The translations under genes and the position numbers were made by a program. The notes below the pieces were generated by a model. It saw only the letters and a program-made list of their open reading frames with translations. It did no database searches and was not told the DNA's origin. From contig NC_068988.1 of the NCBI RefSeq assembly GCF_001194135.2, forward strand, positions 30,305,802 through 30,340,784: a DNA stretch of 34,983 nt, written 5' to 3'. Position 1 is the stretch's first letter; the number at the start of each line of letters is the position of its first letter. Of the stretch, positions 1-9,575 are shown in pieces. The DNA comes from Octopus bimaculoides. Lineage: Eukaryota.

Positions 1-40
1 CGGACGTTAAACGATGATGATGATGATGATGATGATGATG
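1..40 (+). mobile_element. Family C 3' tail, truncated by the window edge
   Basis: CGGACGTTAAAC(GAT)n is identical to the end of the family C copy at 28002-28147. Confidence 0.85.
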
Positions 41-54
41 TATATACATATATG

Positions 55-411
55 TTTTACTTTTTACTTGTTTCAGTCACTGACTGTGGCTATCCTGGGG
101 TCACCACTTTGAAGAATATTAGCTGAACAAATTTATTTTTTTCTTTCAAGCCTGGTGCTTATTCTATTGGTCTCTTTTTCCCCAAACTGCTAAGTTGCCA
201 GGATGTAACCACACCAGCACCAGTTGTCAAGCAGTGGTGGGCAACACACACACACACACACACACACATGATGAGCTTCTTTCAGTTTCCATCTACCAAA
301 TCCACTTACAAGGCTTCGGTTGGTCTGAGGCTATAGTAGAAGACAGCGAGATTGAACCCAGAACCATGTGGCTGAGAAGCAGACTTCTTACCACACAGCC
401 GCACCGGTGCC
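55..411 (-). mobile_element. Family A tRNA-derived SINE, near full length
   Basis: The reverse complement matches the A copies at 15574 and 16818: head with A/B-box-like motifs, GGATTTGGTAGATGGAAACTGAAAGAAG, (TG)n, then the 3' part ending ACTGAAACAAGTAAAAAG. Confidence 0.85.
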
Positions 412-765
412 TATTAAATATGTTATATTAAGATGGCAGGAGCAATTGTATTCATGTATATACATGTATAAGAGATAGGATGAAGTCAGAAACTAGAAAA
501 GTAAGATGAACATTATCTGTTCTTTGTTTGTATGTGAGAAAGACAGAGAGAGAGTGTGTGACTGAGTGAGAGGGAGAGAGAGAAAGAAACAGGTAGAATG
601 ACAAAATTAAAGAGAATGTAAAGATAGGGACAGATTAAGACTATTGTTATGAATGTTATTTTTTTATTTTCATTGTTATTTCGAGAGAAACTTCAGCCAA
701 GAATCCAGTCGACAGGAATAAAAGGCATTTCCGCTGACACACTTTGGGTTACTTATTTGTTTGTC

Positions 766-981
766 TCATCGTCATCATTTACTGTCTGTTTTTCATGCTG
801 GCATGGGTCAGATGGTTTGACAGGAACTGGTAAGCTGGAGAACTGCACCAAGCTCCAGTTGTCTGTTCTGACACGGTTTCTATGGTTGGATACCCTTCCT
901 AATTTGAACTCAGAACATAAAGCATAGACAAAATACTGCTAAGCATTTTGCCCGGTGTGCTAACAATTCTGCCAGCTCGCC
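766..981 (-). mobile_element. Chimera of family B head and family C tail
   Basis: 901-981 is the B head (minus strand GGCGAGCTGGCAGAATTGTTAGCAC...GAGTTCAAATT). 766-903 is the C tail (AGGAAGGGTATCC...CATGCCAGCATGAAAAACAGAC...(GAT)n). The two parts share AAT at 901-903. Confidence 0.75.
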
Positions 982-1821
982 ACCACAATAATAATAATAA
1001 TAATAATAATAATAAGTACTACACAGACTTTTAACAAGGCAGAATCAGTGTAGCATCTGACAATCGAGTTGTAATTATTTGGGTCTTTGCATCCTGAGAT
1101 CAAATGCTGCCAACGTCAACTACACCTTTCATCTTTCTGGGGGTTAGCAAATAAACACCAGTCAAATTACTAAGGCAACATCCTCTCTCTTTGAGTCAGC
1201 TATGAGAGGGTCGCTATTGACTACATACAGTGTCCATTTCCTGCAAGAAATAAAGGAAGGTTCCTTCAGGTTCTAGCAATTTCTTGTCTAAGTGTGCTAT
1301 AAATATTGTCCAAAGATAGCAGAAGACATGGCTAGATGTAGATGGCCCAATGTATTTATGACATGAAATGATTGAAGAATATGATATACTGTCTTTAGCA
1401 AATATTTACCAAGAATTTGGTAAAGAAACATTTTGTTGATACAAGAACTGATCAAGATGTTAATGTTATTTGATATAAGAGCATATTTGTTACATGTAGA
1501 GGCCATGTATATGAGAGAGGGAGAGAGGAGGGATAGAGAGAGGAGACATAGATAGAGAGAGGAAAGATAGATAGAGAAGAGAGATAGCGAAGAGAGAGAG
1601 AGAGGAGAGAGAGAGAGGAGAGAGAGAGTGAACTCATTCTGGTGTATTAAGGCTGATCCGTTGGGCAATTTGAAATAGTTTTTCTAAATAAACAGAACTC
1701 TTGTTATTGAGTGTTTTCTGTAATAATATCTTCTTCTTGTTCAGGTTCAACTGGAGAGAGACAGTTCAGAATTCCATACAGATAAATATGTATCAACACA
1801 TTAGAAATACAGTTCTATATT

Positions 1822-1981
1822 TAAGAGATGAAGAATTACGGACATTATTTACATTTGACGGATATTTGTCCTCATCTTGTTTGTTGTTAACACAACGTTT
1901 CGGCTGATATACCCTCCAGCCTTCATCAGGTGTCTTGGGGAAATTTCGAACCTGGGTTCTCATTCCTAAGGTATTTTTCGA

Positions 1982-2019
<38 letters not shown>

Positions 2020-2040
2020 TCACTGCCTGGAATTGAACTC
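1822..2040 (-). mobile_element. 5'-truncated SINE-like element: tRNA-type B box, (AAT)n linker, Penelope-like tail with hammerhead ribozyme
   Basis: Minus strand reads GAGTTCAATTCCAGGCAGTGACCTG (B-box-like), (AAT)n, a linker, the hammerhead motif, then ...GTCAAATGTAAATAATGT. Its 5' end is cut by the family C copy at 2040. Confidence 0.6.
1889..1934 (-). ncRNA. Minimal type I hammerhead ribozyme motif (Penelope-like element type)
   Basis: Minus strand RNA: GACAC-CUGAUGA-A-GGCUG-GAGGGUAUAU-CAGCC-GAAAC-GUU-GUGUU. Helix I is GACAC/GUGUU (4 Watson-Crick pairs plus 1 GU). The CUGAUGA and GAAA core is intact, helix II has 5 bp, and helix III is reduced to the ACGU palindrome. Predicted cleavage is after GUU, between 1894 and 1893. 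Confidence 0.8.
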
Positions 2041-2356
2041 ATCATCATTCAACATCTGTTTTCCATGCTGGCATGGGTTGGATGGTTTGACAAGAGCTGG
2101 CTAACTGGAGAGCTGCAACATGCCCCAAATGTCAGTTTTGGCAAGGGTTCTATGGCTGGATGCCCTTCCTGATGCCAACCACATTACAGAGTGTACTGGG
2201 TGTTTTTTACATGGACCCAGTTACAAGAAGCTTTCTATGTGACATCAGCACAGGTGCTTTTTATGTGGCACCAGTACAGGTGCTTTTTATGTGACACCAG
2301 AACAGGTGCTCTTTATGTCGCATTAGTGTGGGTGCTTTTTATGTGACATCAGTACA
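2040..2356 (-). mobile_element. Family C element with a 26-bp tandem array at its 5' side
   Basis: CATCATCATTCAACATCTGTTTTCCATGCTGGCATGGGTTGGATGG...GGATGCCCTTCCTGATGCCAACCAC, followed by about 5 units of GGTGCTTTTTATGTGACACCAGTACA (unit starts 2253, 2279, 2305, 2331). Confidence 0.85.
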
Positions 2357-2529
2357 TGTTTATAATGTAAAGAGACCACATCTTTTCCGTCAGACAGAAC
2401 ACCAGTCAGCTTGTTCAGATGACTTATTCAAAAGAGTTTGGTATCCATTCTACAGCTAAGTAAATGGAAGTAATAAGCAATCTGTCCAAGAGGTCACCCC
2501 CTCTGCTGAAAACAGCCAACCGAATTTAC

Positions 2530-2690
2530 TGAAGTAGATTTTCAACAAATGGATGCCTATTTCCAAGCAAGGCAATATATCTCCATGTCCGGACTGGAAG
2601 ATTAGAAAAACATGATATGATTTGTATGATGGTGATGTTTGTTTATAACTTTTGCATGACATCAAAATTAGGACACACACACACACATGG
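2530..2690 (-). mobile_element. Family C2 variant, decayed
   Basis: GGATGCC...TTTCCAAGCAAGGCAATAT...CATG...GACATCAA...(CA)n resembles 27040-27340 and, in the opposite orientation, 29385-29500. Confidence 0.55.
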
Positions 2691-2889
2691 AGAAATATAA
2701 TAGGGCGTGACAATGCAATGCAGCGAAGCATATAAATACAAACTGGCTACCAGTTAAAATATGCTTGAGGTGTATTCAAACCTGTAAGAAAGCCACCATA
2801 TTTTGTCATGGGGAAAATTTCTTGCTGAAGACAAATAAGTGTAAATGAGTAAGTTCACAGCATAATAGGCTTCTTTTAGTTTATAGCAA

Positions 2890-3021
2890 CTGGATTCATA
2901 AGATTTTGGCCAGTTTGGGGCTATGGTAGAAAACACTTGCCTAAGGTGTCAAGCAGTGGGACTGAACCTGAAACCACATTGTTGGGAAGTGAACTACTTA
3001 ACCATACTACAGCTATGCCTA
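2890..3021 (-). mobile_element. Family A SINE head
   Basis: GGCTATGGTAGAAAACACTTGCCTAAGGTGTC...GTGGGACTGAACC matches the reverse complement of the A head. Confidence 0.75.
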
Positions 3022-3029
3022 TCTTTCTT

Positions 3030-3657
3030 TCTCTTCCAATCTATCTATCTAACCTACCTACCTGTCTATCTATCTGTCTGTCTGTCTGTCTATTTATCTA
3101 ACCTATCTGTCTGTCTGTGTGTCTATCTATATGTGAGTGTGCACATTATGTTTATATTCTCAGTATAGAGTTACGCCACTAGTAAATGTTTCATTGTCAT
3201 TCTCAAATGTACTTTAAAACAATAACTTTATATTACACGCACACAGGCAACTGCACACACACACACACACACACACAAATATATACTTTCTGAAAATATC
3301 ACATTACATAACATTAAACTATTCAGCTCCACCTTGGAATGGATAAATATATTGCTTATGACAACAGAGTTGTTCTTTAAATCTGTTCTGAGAAGTATAT
3401 TGTACAAATATAAATACATTTGCATACATACATATCTATATTTCTCTGTCTGTCTGTCTCTATCTATCTATTTATCTAATATCTGTCTATCTATCTGTCG
3501 ATCGATCAATAGATTAATTGATCTGTCTGTCTGTCTATCTACTATCTATCTCTATACATCTATCTATCTGTTGATCGGTTGATCTGTCTGTCTGTCTGTC
3601 TATCTTTCTTTACCTGTCTCTATCTATCTATCTATCTATCCGTCTATCTATCTATCC

Positions 3658-3692
<35 letters not shown>

Positions 3693-3702
3693 CGTCTATC
3701 CG

Positions 3703-3734
<32 letters not shown>

Positions 3735-3735
3735 C
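3030..3735. repeat. (TCTA)n/(TCTG)n compound microsatellites at 3030-3130 and 3440-3735, with a (CA)n tract
   Basis: Directly visible tetranucleotide arrays. Confidence 0.95.
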
Positions 3736-4127
3736 ACACACATACACACTAACAAATGTAATAATACTAAGTTTCTTTCTTTTTTAAATTGTGCATTTTA
3801 AATGCACCTGTACAGTTTATGTTGCTATGCAACTATACATTTCAATTGTTGTACCCCACTCCAGCTGTTATGTTAACTGTAAAAGATTACTGAATTTCTT
3901 TTAGTGTTTGTTATGTAAAATAAGTGAAGTATGGTGTGTATAAATGAATGGGGTACCACAAGTTGTTGTGGCCAAGCATGCATCGAGGAGGAGAGGAGGA
4001 GGGCGTGGAAAATAAAAAGCAAAAACAAAATAGATATAATCTAAGTCGTTACATAATAAAAATAAACTCAAGCAGATGTGCATTTATGTAATTCAGACAT
4101 ACATCATCATATATATATATATATATA

Positions 4128-4737
4128 NNNNNNNNNNNNNNNNNNNNNNNNNNNNNNNNNNNNNNNNNNNNNNNNNNNNNNNNNNNNNNNNNNNNNNNNN
4201 NNNNNNNNNNNNNNNNNNNNNNNNNNNNNNNNNNNNNNNNNNNNNNNNNNNNNNNNNNNNNNNNNNNNNNNNNNNNNNNNNNNNNNNNNNNNNNNNNNNN
4301 NNNNNNNNNNNNNNNNNNNNNNNNNNNNNNNNNNNNNNNNNNNNNNNNNNNNNNNNNNNNNNNNNNNNNNNNNNNNNNNNNNNNNNNNNNNNNNNNNNNN
4401 NNNNNNNNNNNNNNNNNNNNNNNNNNNNNNNNNNNNNNNNNNNNNNNNNNNNNNNNNNNNNNNNNNNNNNNNNNNNNNNNNNNNNNNNNNNNNNNNNNNN
4501 NNNNNNNNNNNNNNNNNNNNNNNNNNNNNNNNNNNNNNNNNNNNNNNNNNNNNNNNNNNNNNNNNNNNNNNNNNNNNNNNNNNNNNNNNNNNNNNNNNNN
4601 NNNNNNNNNNNNNNNNNNNNNNNNNNNNNNNNNNNNNNNNNNNNNNNNNNNNNNNNNNNNNNNNNNNNNNNNNNNNNNNNNNNNNNNNNNNNNNNNNNNN
4701 NNNNNNNNNNNNNNNNNNNNNNNNNNNNNNNNNNNNN
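4128..4737. other. Assembly gap (610 N). Other gaps: 8573-8582, 9395-9575, 14358-14679, 15809-16771, 17557-17566, 31814-32339
   Basis: Runs of N, mostly flanked by microsatellites or SINEs. Confidence 1.
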
Positions 4738-4820
4738 CACTTGCACGTTAATTTCACAAGCAGGCTGTTCCGTTGATCGGATCAACTGGAACCCTCGACG
4801 TCGTAAGCGACGGAGTGCCA
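4738..4820 (+). mobile_element. Family D SINE 3' end
   Basis: CACTTGCACGTTAATTTCACAAGCAGGCTGTTCCGTTGATCGGATCAACTGGAACCCTCG...GGAGTGCCA is the reverse complement of about 25465-25550. Confidence 0.85.
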
Positions 4821-6072
4821 GCATATATATATATATATATATATACTAATACGTGCACACACGTACGCACACTTAAGGATCTGGCTCTGAAGTAGCATAG
4901 TTCAACCAACAGTCTGTTAAAAGACTGAGCTGGAATGACAGAGGTAGAATAAAAGGAAGGGAGTTGGGCAATTAGATTAGATGCTTGAAGAAAAAATGTG
5001 GCTTCTATAGGATATAATATTTCAATGAAACTATGAATAAATAGAGAAACGTACAGAAAAATTCTGGCTTCTTATTCATATAGAATTTCACTATAATGGA
5101 TTAAGGAACACAAAGCTCTAATATGTTGGCATAAACTAAGTTATTTAATTCAAAATCCAACCGCTACATGTCAGCATACGCCTATGCAAGAGAATTTTGC
5201 CGATGCCACAGTCTGTCGAGTAAGAAAATAAGAGTCTGACCCTGCCTTTGGTTGATGTTGGTAGAGAGTGGAAGAATGAAAGAAAATGTGTGATGTAAGA
5301 AAATAGTAGTTTAGCTGATATGGATATATATATTTTTTTGCAGAGAAACTGAAAAAAAAGGAAAAAAATAGGAAAAAAAAAAAAGAAGTCAATTATTGTA
5401 AAATTGTTTGGGTCGAAAAAAACCCATATATTAAGACCAGCTGTTGTGTTGGAAATTATACTTATATATGTATGTCTATATGAACATTATATATATATAT
5501 ATAAAATTTGTTTGTCATATAGACCATCAGTTTTTTATCTCATATATATATACATGCACACACACAGACTTTATCTCACACATACACACACACACACAAA
5601 ATGAACTTAAATTCCCTCCCACCTCCCTGTCACTCCTACATAGTTCACTCTCTTTGGTATTAATATTTTTTGACAACATAAACAAACATTGCTTCATAAA
5701 ACAATTACATATATATATTTTTTGTCTTTTCCCCATTCTATCAATTTAGTTTTAGAGACAGCAAGCTGAACTTGGTTTCCTTGGTCATATTCAACACAAG
5801 CCTATGTACTAATACAAGACACATGACGACAATTCTGCTTATGCAAATGACATAAAAATAAGATGTTTAGATATGAGACGTTTTGGCACAGCCATTGCGG
5901 TGTCACCTATTTGGCATTGCTGATTCAACACTGACTTATTTGACACCAGACATTTTAATATTTCTCTCTCATTTTAAGGTTTCTCTAGTTCTCTCTCTCT
6001 CTCTCAATGTTTATGTGCGTGAAAATATTTCTCATTATGAGTTTGAGGAGAGGAGAAAGTGTTTATGCCAAG

Positions 6073-6105
<33 letters not shown>

Positions 6106-6190
6106 TTAACGTCTGTTGTCCATGCTGGTATGGGTTGGATGGTTTGACCAGGGCTGGATGCACTTCCTAACGTCAACCACTCCAAGAGTG
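6073..6190 (-). mobile_element. Family C tail fragment with internal deletion
   Basis: (CAT)n TTAACGTCTG...CCATGCTGGTATGGGTTGGATGG...CTGGATGCACTTCCTAACGTCAACCACTCC. Confidence 0.75.
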
Positions 6191-6202
6191 TTTATTATGG
6201 TA

Positions 6203-6294
6203 ATAAACACTCACAACGCCTGGTCTGGGAATCGAAACCGCGATCCTCCGACTGCGAGTCCGCTGCCCTAACCACTGGGCCATTGCACCTCCAC
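6203..6294 (-). mobile_element. Family D tRNA-derived SINE head
   Basis: Minus strand GTGGAGGTGCAATGGCCCAGTGGTTAGGGCAGCGGACTCGCAGTCGGAGGATCGCGGTTTCGATTCCCAGACC, with A box TGGCCCAGTGG and B box GTTTCGATTCC. It matches 25750-25845. Confidence 0.85.
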
Positions 6295-6699
6295 AAAAAA
6301 CACTTACTATGTTAATATACTAGAATTTATGTAGAGCATATAGAAGAAATATTTTAGTCAAGAACATGTCTTGCCTTTGCCTTTTCTTAAGAACGTTTTC
6401 ATGTTTTATTGGAAATGTTATTAATTTCTAGGATTTTATTATCTTTTGGACACATTTTATGAGGAAAAACATTTATCTCCGATGAAAATATAATGTTCTC
6501 CTTGTGCAAAGAGCAATAGTTGTAATCTACTTCCAACTTCAACTAAATATCAAAAGCTAATTACTGAATATTAATTTCAATAATGAAAGGAAGCAAGCTG
6601 TTTGTCAGGAGGAATGGCAAATGAGGTAATCTAATTTGGACCAAAAACGAAAATATAACTAATGACATAAAAGACAGAACAAGGGGAATAACAATAACT

Positions 6700-7201
6700 A
6701 GACGCCCCCTCCCCTAAAATATCATACTTTGTGCCTATAGTAGAAAGGATTATTATTATTATTATTATTATTATTATTGGGTCAGATGTGGTGTTAAAGA
6801 AAGAGCCAGAACTCCTGACATATGCATATATGCCAATTACCTATTTGTATAAGGTAACGAGCTGGCAGAATCGTTAGCATACCACACAAAATACTTAGCG
6901 GCATTTTGTCCGTCTTTGCCTTTCATCCTTTTGGGGTTGATAAAACAAGTACCAGTTGCATGCTGGGGTCGATGTAACCGACTTATCCCCTCCCTGGAAA
7001 CTGCTGGCCTTGTACCATAGTTTGAAATCATCATCATCATCATCATTATTATTAAGATGGCAAGCTGGCAGAATCGTTCGCATGCTGGACGAAATAATTA
7101 GCGGCATTTCATACGTCTTTATGTTCTGAGTTCAAATTCCACTGAGGTCGACTTTTCCTTTAATCCAATGTAATCTAGTAAGTCCCCCTCACCCAAAATT
7201 T
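6700..7201 (+). mobile_element. Cluster of family B SINE pieces (6700-6779 tail plus (TTA)n, 6855-7050, 7056-7201)
   Basis: Repeated GAGCTGGCAGAATCGTTAGCA heads, GCCTTTCATCC, GGGGTCGATGTAA..GAC, and tails ending in (ATC)n or (TTA)n. Confidence 0.8.
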
Positions 7202-7239
7202 GTGAGAGGATTTGGTAGACAGAAAGAAGCATATTGTAA

Positions 7240-7274
<35 letters not shown>

Positions 7275-7470
7275 TCTCTCTCTCTCTTTGTGTCTGTGTT
7301 TGTCTCCCACCACCACTTCACAAACACACAGCAGGCTTCTACACAGTTTCTGTCCATCAAATTCACTTACATGGCTTTAGTCAGCCTAGGGTTACAGTAG
7401 AAGATACTCGCCCAAGGTGCTGCACAGTGGGACCGAAACTGAAACCAAGCAGTTTCAAAGTGAGCTGAGG
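7202..7470. mobile_element. Two family A fragments in inverted orientation (+ 7202-7330, - 7331-7470)
   Basis: GAGGATTTGGTAGACAGAAAGAAGC on plus, versus GGCTTC...TTTCTGTCCATCAAATTCAC followed by the A head reverse complement. Confidence 0.7.
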
Positions 7471-7922
7471 CCTTGCAGTGTAACCTTCGCTGCTTTTCAT
7501 TATTACATCAGGGACTTTGAAGTACCAGAGATACACAAGGGGTTAACTGAATTTACTATAATCCACCCGCTACATGTAATAGAGAATCATATATCTATAT
7601 CTAACTGGCCTTCACTAAAGAAGAAAACAGAAAATGGATTTTCAATAGAAAATTACATTAGTCAACAGAATTTTCTAAAAACAGGAAAATAATTCTATTA
7701 ATTTAGGCTGAAAGTCAGCAGAAGACGAGAATTTTCACAGTCTGTTTCAAATCTGCAGGCGAAAGAATGAAAATACTCTATCAAATCAATACCTAAGACC
7801 TGATGCCACTAACATTTATAGACACCTAAATGTGATACATTTATTTGTCTTGGTTCAGTCAAAAAAATTCTAGAATAATTTTCACTGAAGAAAGGTGTGC
7901 AAAACTGAAGATATATTATATC

Positions 7923-8215
7923 GGCGCAGGCATGGAAGTGAGGTTAAGAAGCTTGCTTTGCAAATCTCATGGCTTCTGGTTCAATCCCACTACACAGCAT
8001 CTTGGACAAGCGTTTTCTACTATAACTCCAGACCAACCAATGCCTTGTGGGTGAATTTGGCAGATGGAAACTGAGTGGAAGCTCGTCGTAGGTATGTGTG
8101 TCTTTGTGTTTCTCTATGTCCTGCATACGGCTTGACAACTGGTGTTGGTTTGTTTATATCCCTGTAACATAGTGATTCAGCAAAAGAAACTGACAGAATA
8201 AATACCAGACTTATA
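7923..8215 (+). mobile_element. Family A SINE
   Basis: GGCGCAGGCATGGAAGTGAGGTTAAGAAGCTTGC...GGTTCAATCCCAC...GAATTTGGCAGATGGAAACTGA...GAATAAATACCAG. Confidence 0.8.
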
Positions 8216-8249
8216 AAAAGTAAAAGATAGTGGTCAATTTCCTCTAGAG

Positions 8250-8521
8250 CAGTGGTCCTTAACTGGGGGGTCCATGTGCCCCTTGGAGGTCCATATCAGA
8301 TCCTGTTGTTAAAATTTATATGGAATAAGCTGGTTATATTTCTACAATACACAAAATAGCTGAAGAATTCTATTCGTACACTTCCTAATAATATTTCGTT
8401 ATCAAAAAATATGACAATTTTTTAAATACTGAATGGGTGGGGGGTGGGGGGTGGGGGTTCACCCAAGTAAAACAGAAATCAAAGAGGTCCAAAGAGGGAA
8501 AAAAATGGTTAAGAAAGACTG
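8250..8521. mobile_element. hAT (Charlie-like) non-autonomous DNA transposon / MITE
   Basis: Imperfect 14-bp terminal inverted repeats (TIRs) CAGTGGTCCTTAAC and GTTAAGAAAGACTG (11/14). Flanks are CTCTAGAG (8242-8249) and CTCTAAGG (8522-8529), a decayed 8-bp TSD that fits the NTCTAGAN preference of Charlie-type hATs. Confidence 0.7.
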
Positions 8522-8671
8522 CTCTAAGGAAAGAAGCTTCCAATGTTTTAACCATCAAAACATTATTTGTTANNNNNNNNNNTTCCCCACCTTCACGTTT
8601 GGTAAATGGCGGTGGAGAACTTCATAGGGTACTTTGGACTATATCCTGTCCATATGTAATAGTAATCATCA

Positions 8672-8780
8672 TCTTTATCCGTTCTGTTTGACTTGTTCCA
8701 GTCATTAGACTGCAGCCATGCTAGGGCACTGCCTTGAAAAATTCTTAGTTGAATGAATCGACCCCCAGTATTTATTTTTT
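8672..8780 (-). mobile_element. Family A SINE 3' end
   Basis: CTTGTTCCAGTCATTAGACTGCAGCCATGCTAGGGCACTGCCTT...GAATCGACCCCCAGTA. Confidence 0.7.
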
Positions 8781-9127
8781 GGTTTTTGGAAGGTTCATGA
8801 AAATAGAGTGGAGTGAGAGGGGCTATTGGTTTATGTAGCATCTACATTTAAGTGTAAAGTGAATATGGAAGGGGTTGCAGGTGGACGAAATGGCGAGATT
8901 GATATTGGGAATAACATTCAGGCAACATGTCACATGGAGGAAATGGACTGGACCTGGTGACAGTGGTTAGAGGGAAGGAGTTCTGAATGAGGGGAATGTT
9001 GATGAAACTGAAGGGTAAGATGTATGCTGCCTGTATAAGAAGTGTTACGATTTATGGGGTCCATCTGGAGGAAGTGAATGTGGAGCAGAAGAGAAGGCTG
9101 GAAAGAAGGGCTATGAGAATGGCTTAA

Positions 9128-9333
9128 CCCTTTGGCATTCAGATTATTCTGCTGAATGTGATGCTTATTTATTCACATTGTTTTAAATTAACCATGTATT
9201 ACCTCATAGCTTTGATATTTTGATGATGTGATATGACACTGTAGGGTAGGTATGAGAGGTCAGATCTGGCCAGTTTGAACCTAAAACAGGAATAATATTT
9301 TGTCCAGATATGGATGGTTTAAATGCTAAAGAG
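9128..9333. mobile_element. piggyBac-type MITE with TTAA TSD
   Basis: TTAA at 9124-9127 and 9334-9337. TIRs CCCTTTGGCATT and AATGCTAAAGAG (10/12). Related copies at 20927, 22705 and 34877. Confidence 0.8.
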
Positions 9334-9353
9334 TTAATGGCTGAGTAATGTTG

Positions 9354-9384
<31 letters not shown>

Positions 9385-9575
9385 GAGAGAGAGGNNNNNN
9401 NNNNNNNNNNNNNNNNNNNNNNNNNNNNNNNNNNNNNNNNNNNNNNNNNNNNNNNNNNNNNNNNNNNNNNNNNNNNNNNNNNNNNNNNNNNNNNNNNNNN
9501 NNNNNNNNNNNNNNNNNNNNNNNNNNNNNNNNNNNNNNNNNNNNNNNNNNNNNNNNNNNNNNNNNNNNNNNNNNN

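Noticed and set aside
1728-1800. Possible splice acceptor TTCTTCTTGTTCAG at 1744 with a short exon
   Set aside because: No convincing donor, no recognisable peptide and no partner exons.
2525-2605. Protein-like frame EVDFQQMDAYFQARQYISMSGLED
   Set aside because: The DNA is a decayed C2 repeat, similar to 27040-27240.
3791-3881. Cluster of short palindromes (GTGCATTT-T-AAATGCAC, GTTGC-TAT-GCAAC)
   Set aside because: The stems are short and AT-rich and do not assemble into a miRNA, snoRNA or TIR structure.
4076-4849. Long ORFs at 4076-4849, 9326-9707, 14306-14716, 15607-17034 and 30232-32479
   Set aside because: They are open only because they cross N-runs or low-complexity GA tracts; the translated flanks are SINE or microsatellite sequence.
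5061-5225. Acceptor at 5083 and donor GTAAGA at 5220 defining a 136-bp exon
   Set aside because: All three frames contain stops.
6203-6294. tRNA gene (A and B boxes present; also 25770-25845 and 19870-19945)
   Set aside because: These continue into SINE bodies, some are TSD-flanked, and no complete acceptor stem was evident. They are SINE heads, not tRNA genes.
7417-7692. 91-aa ORF with a possible acceptor at about 7510
   Set aside because: It starts inside a SINE, has no recognisable domain, and its length is within chance expectation.
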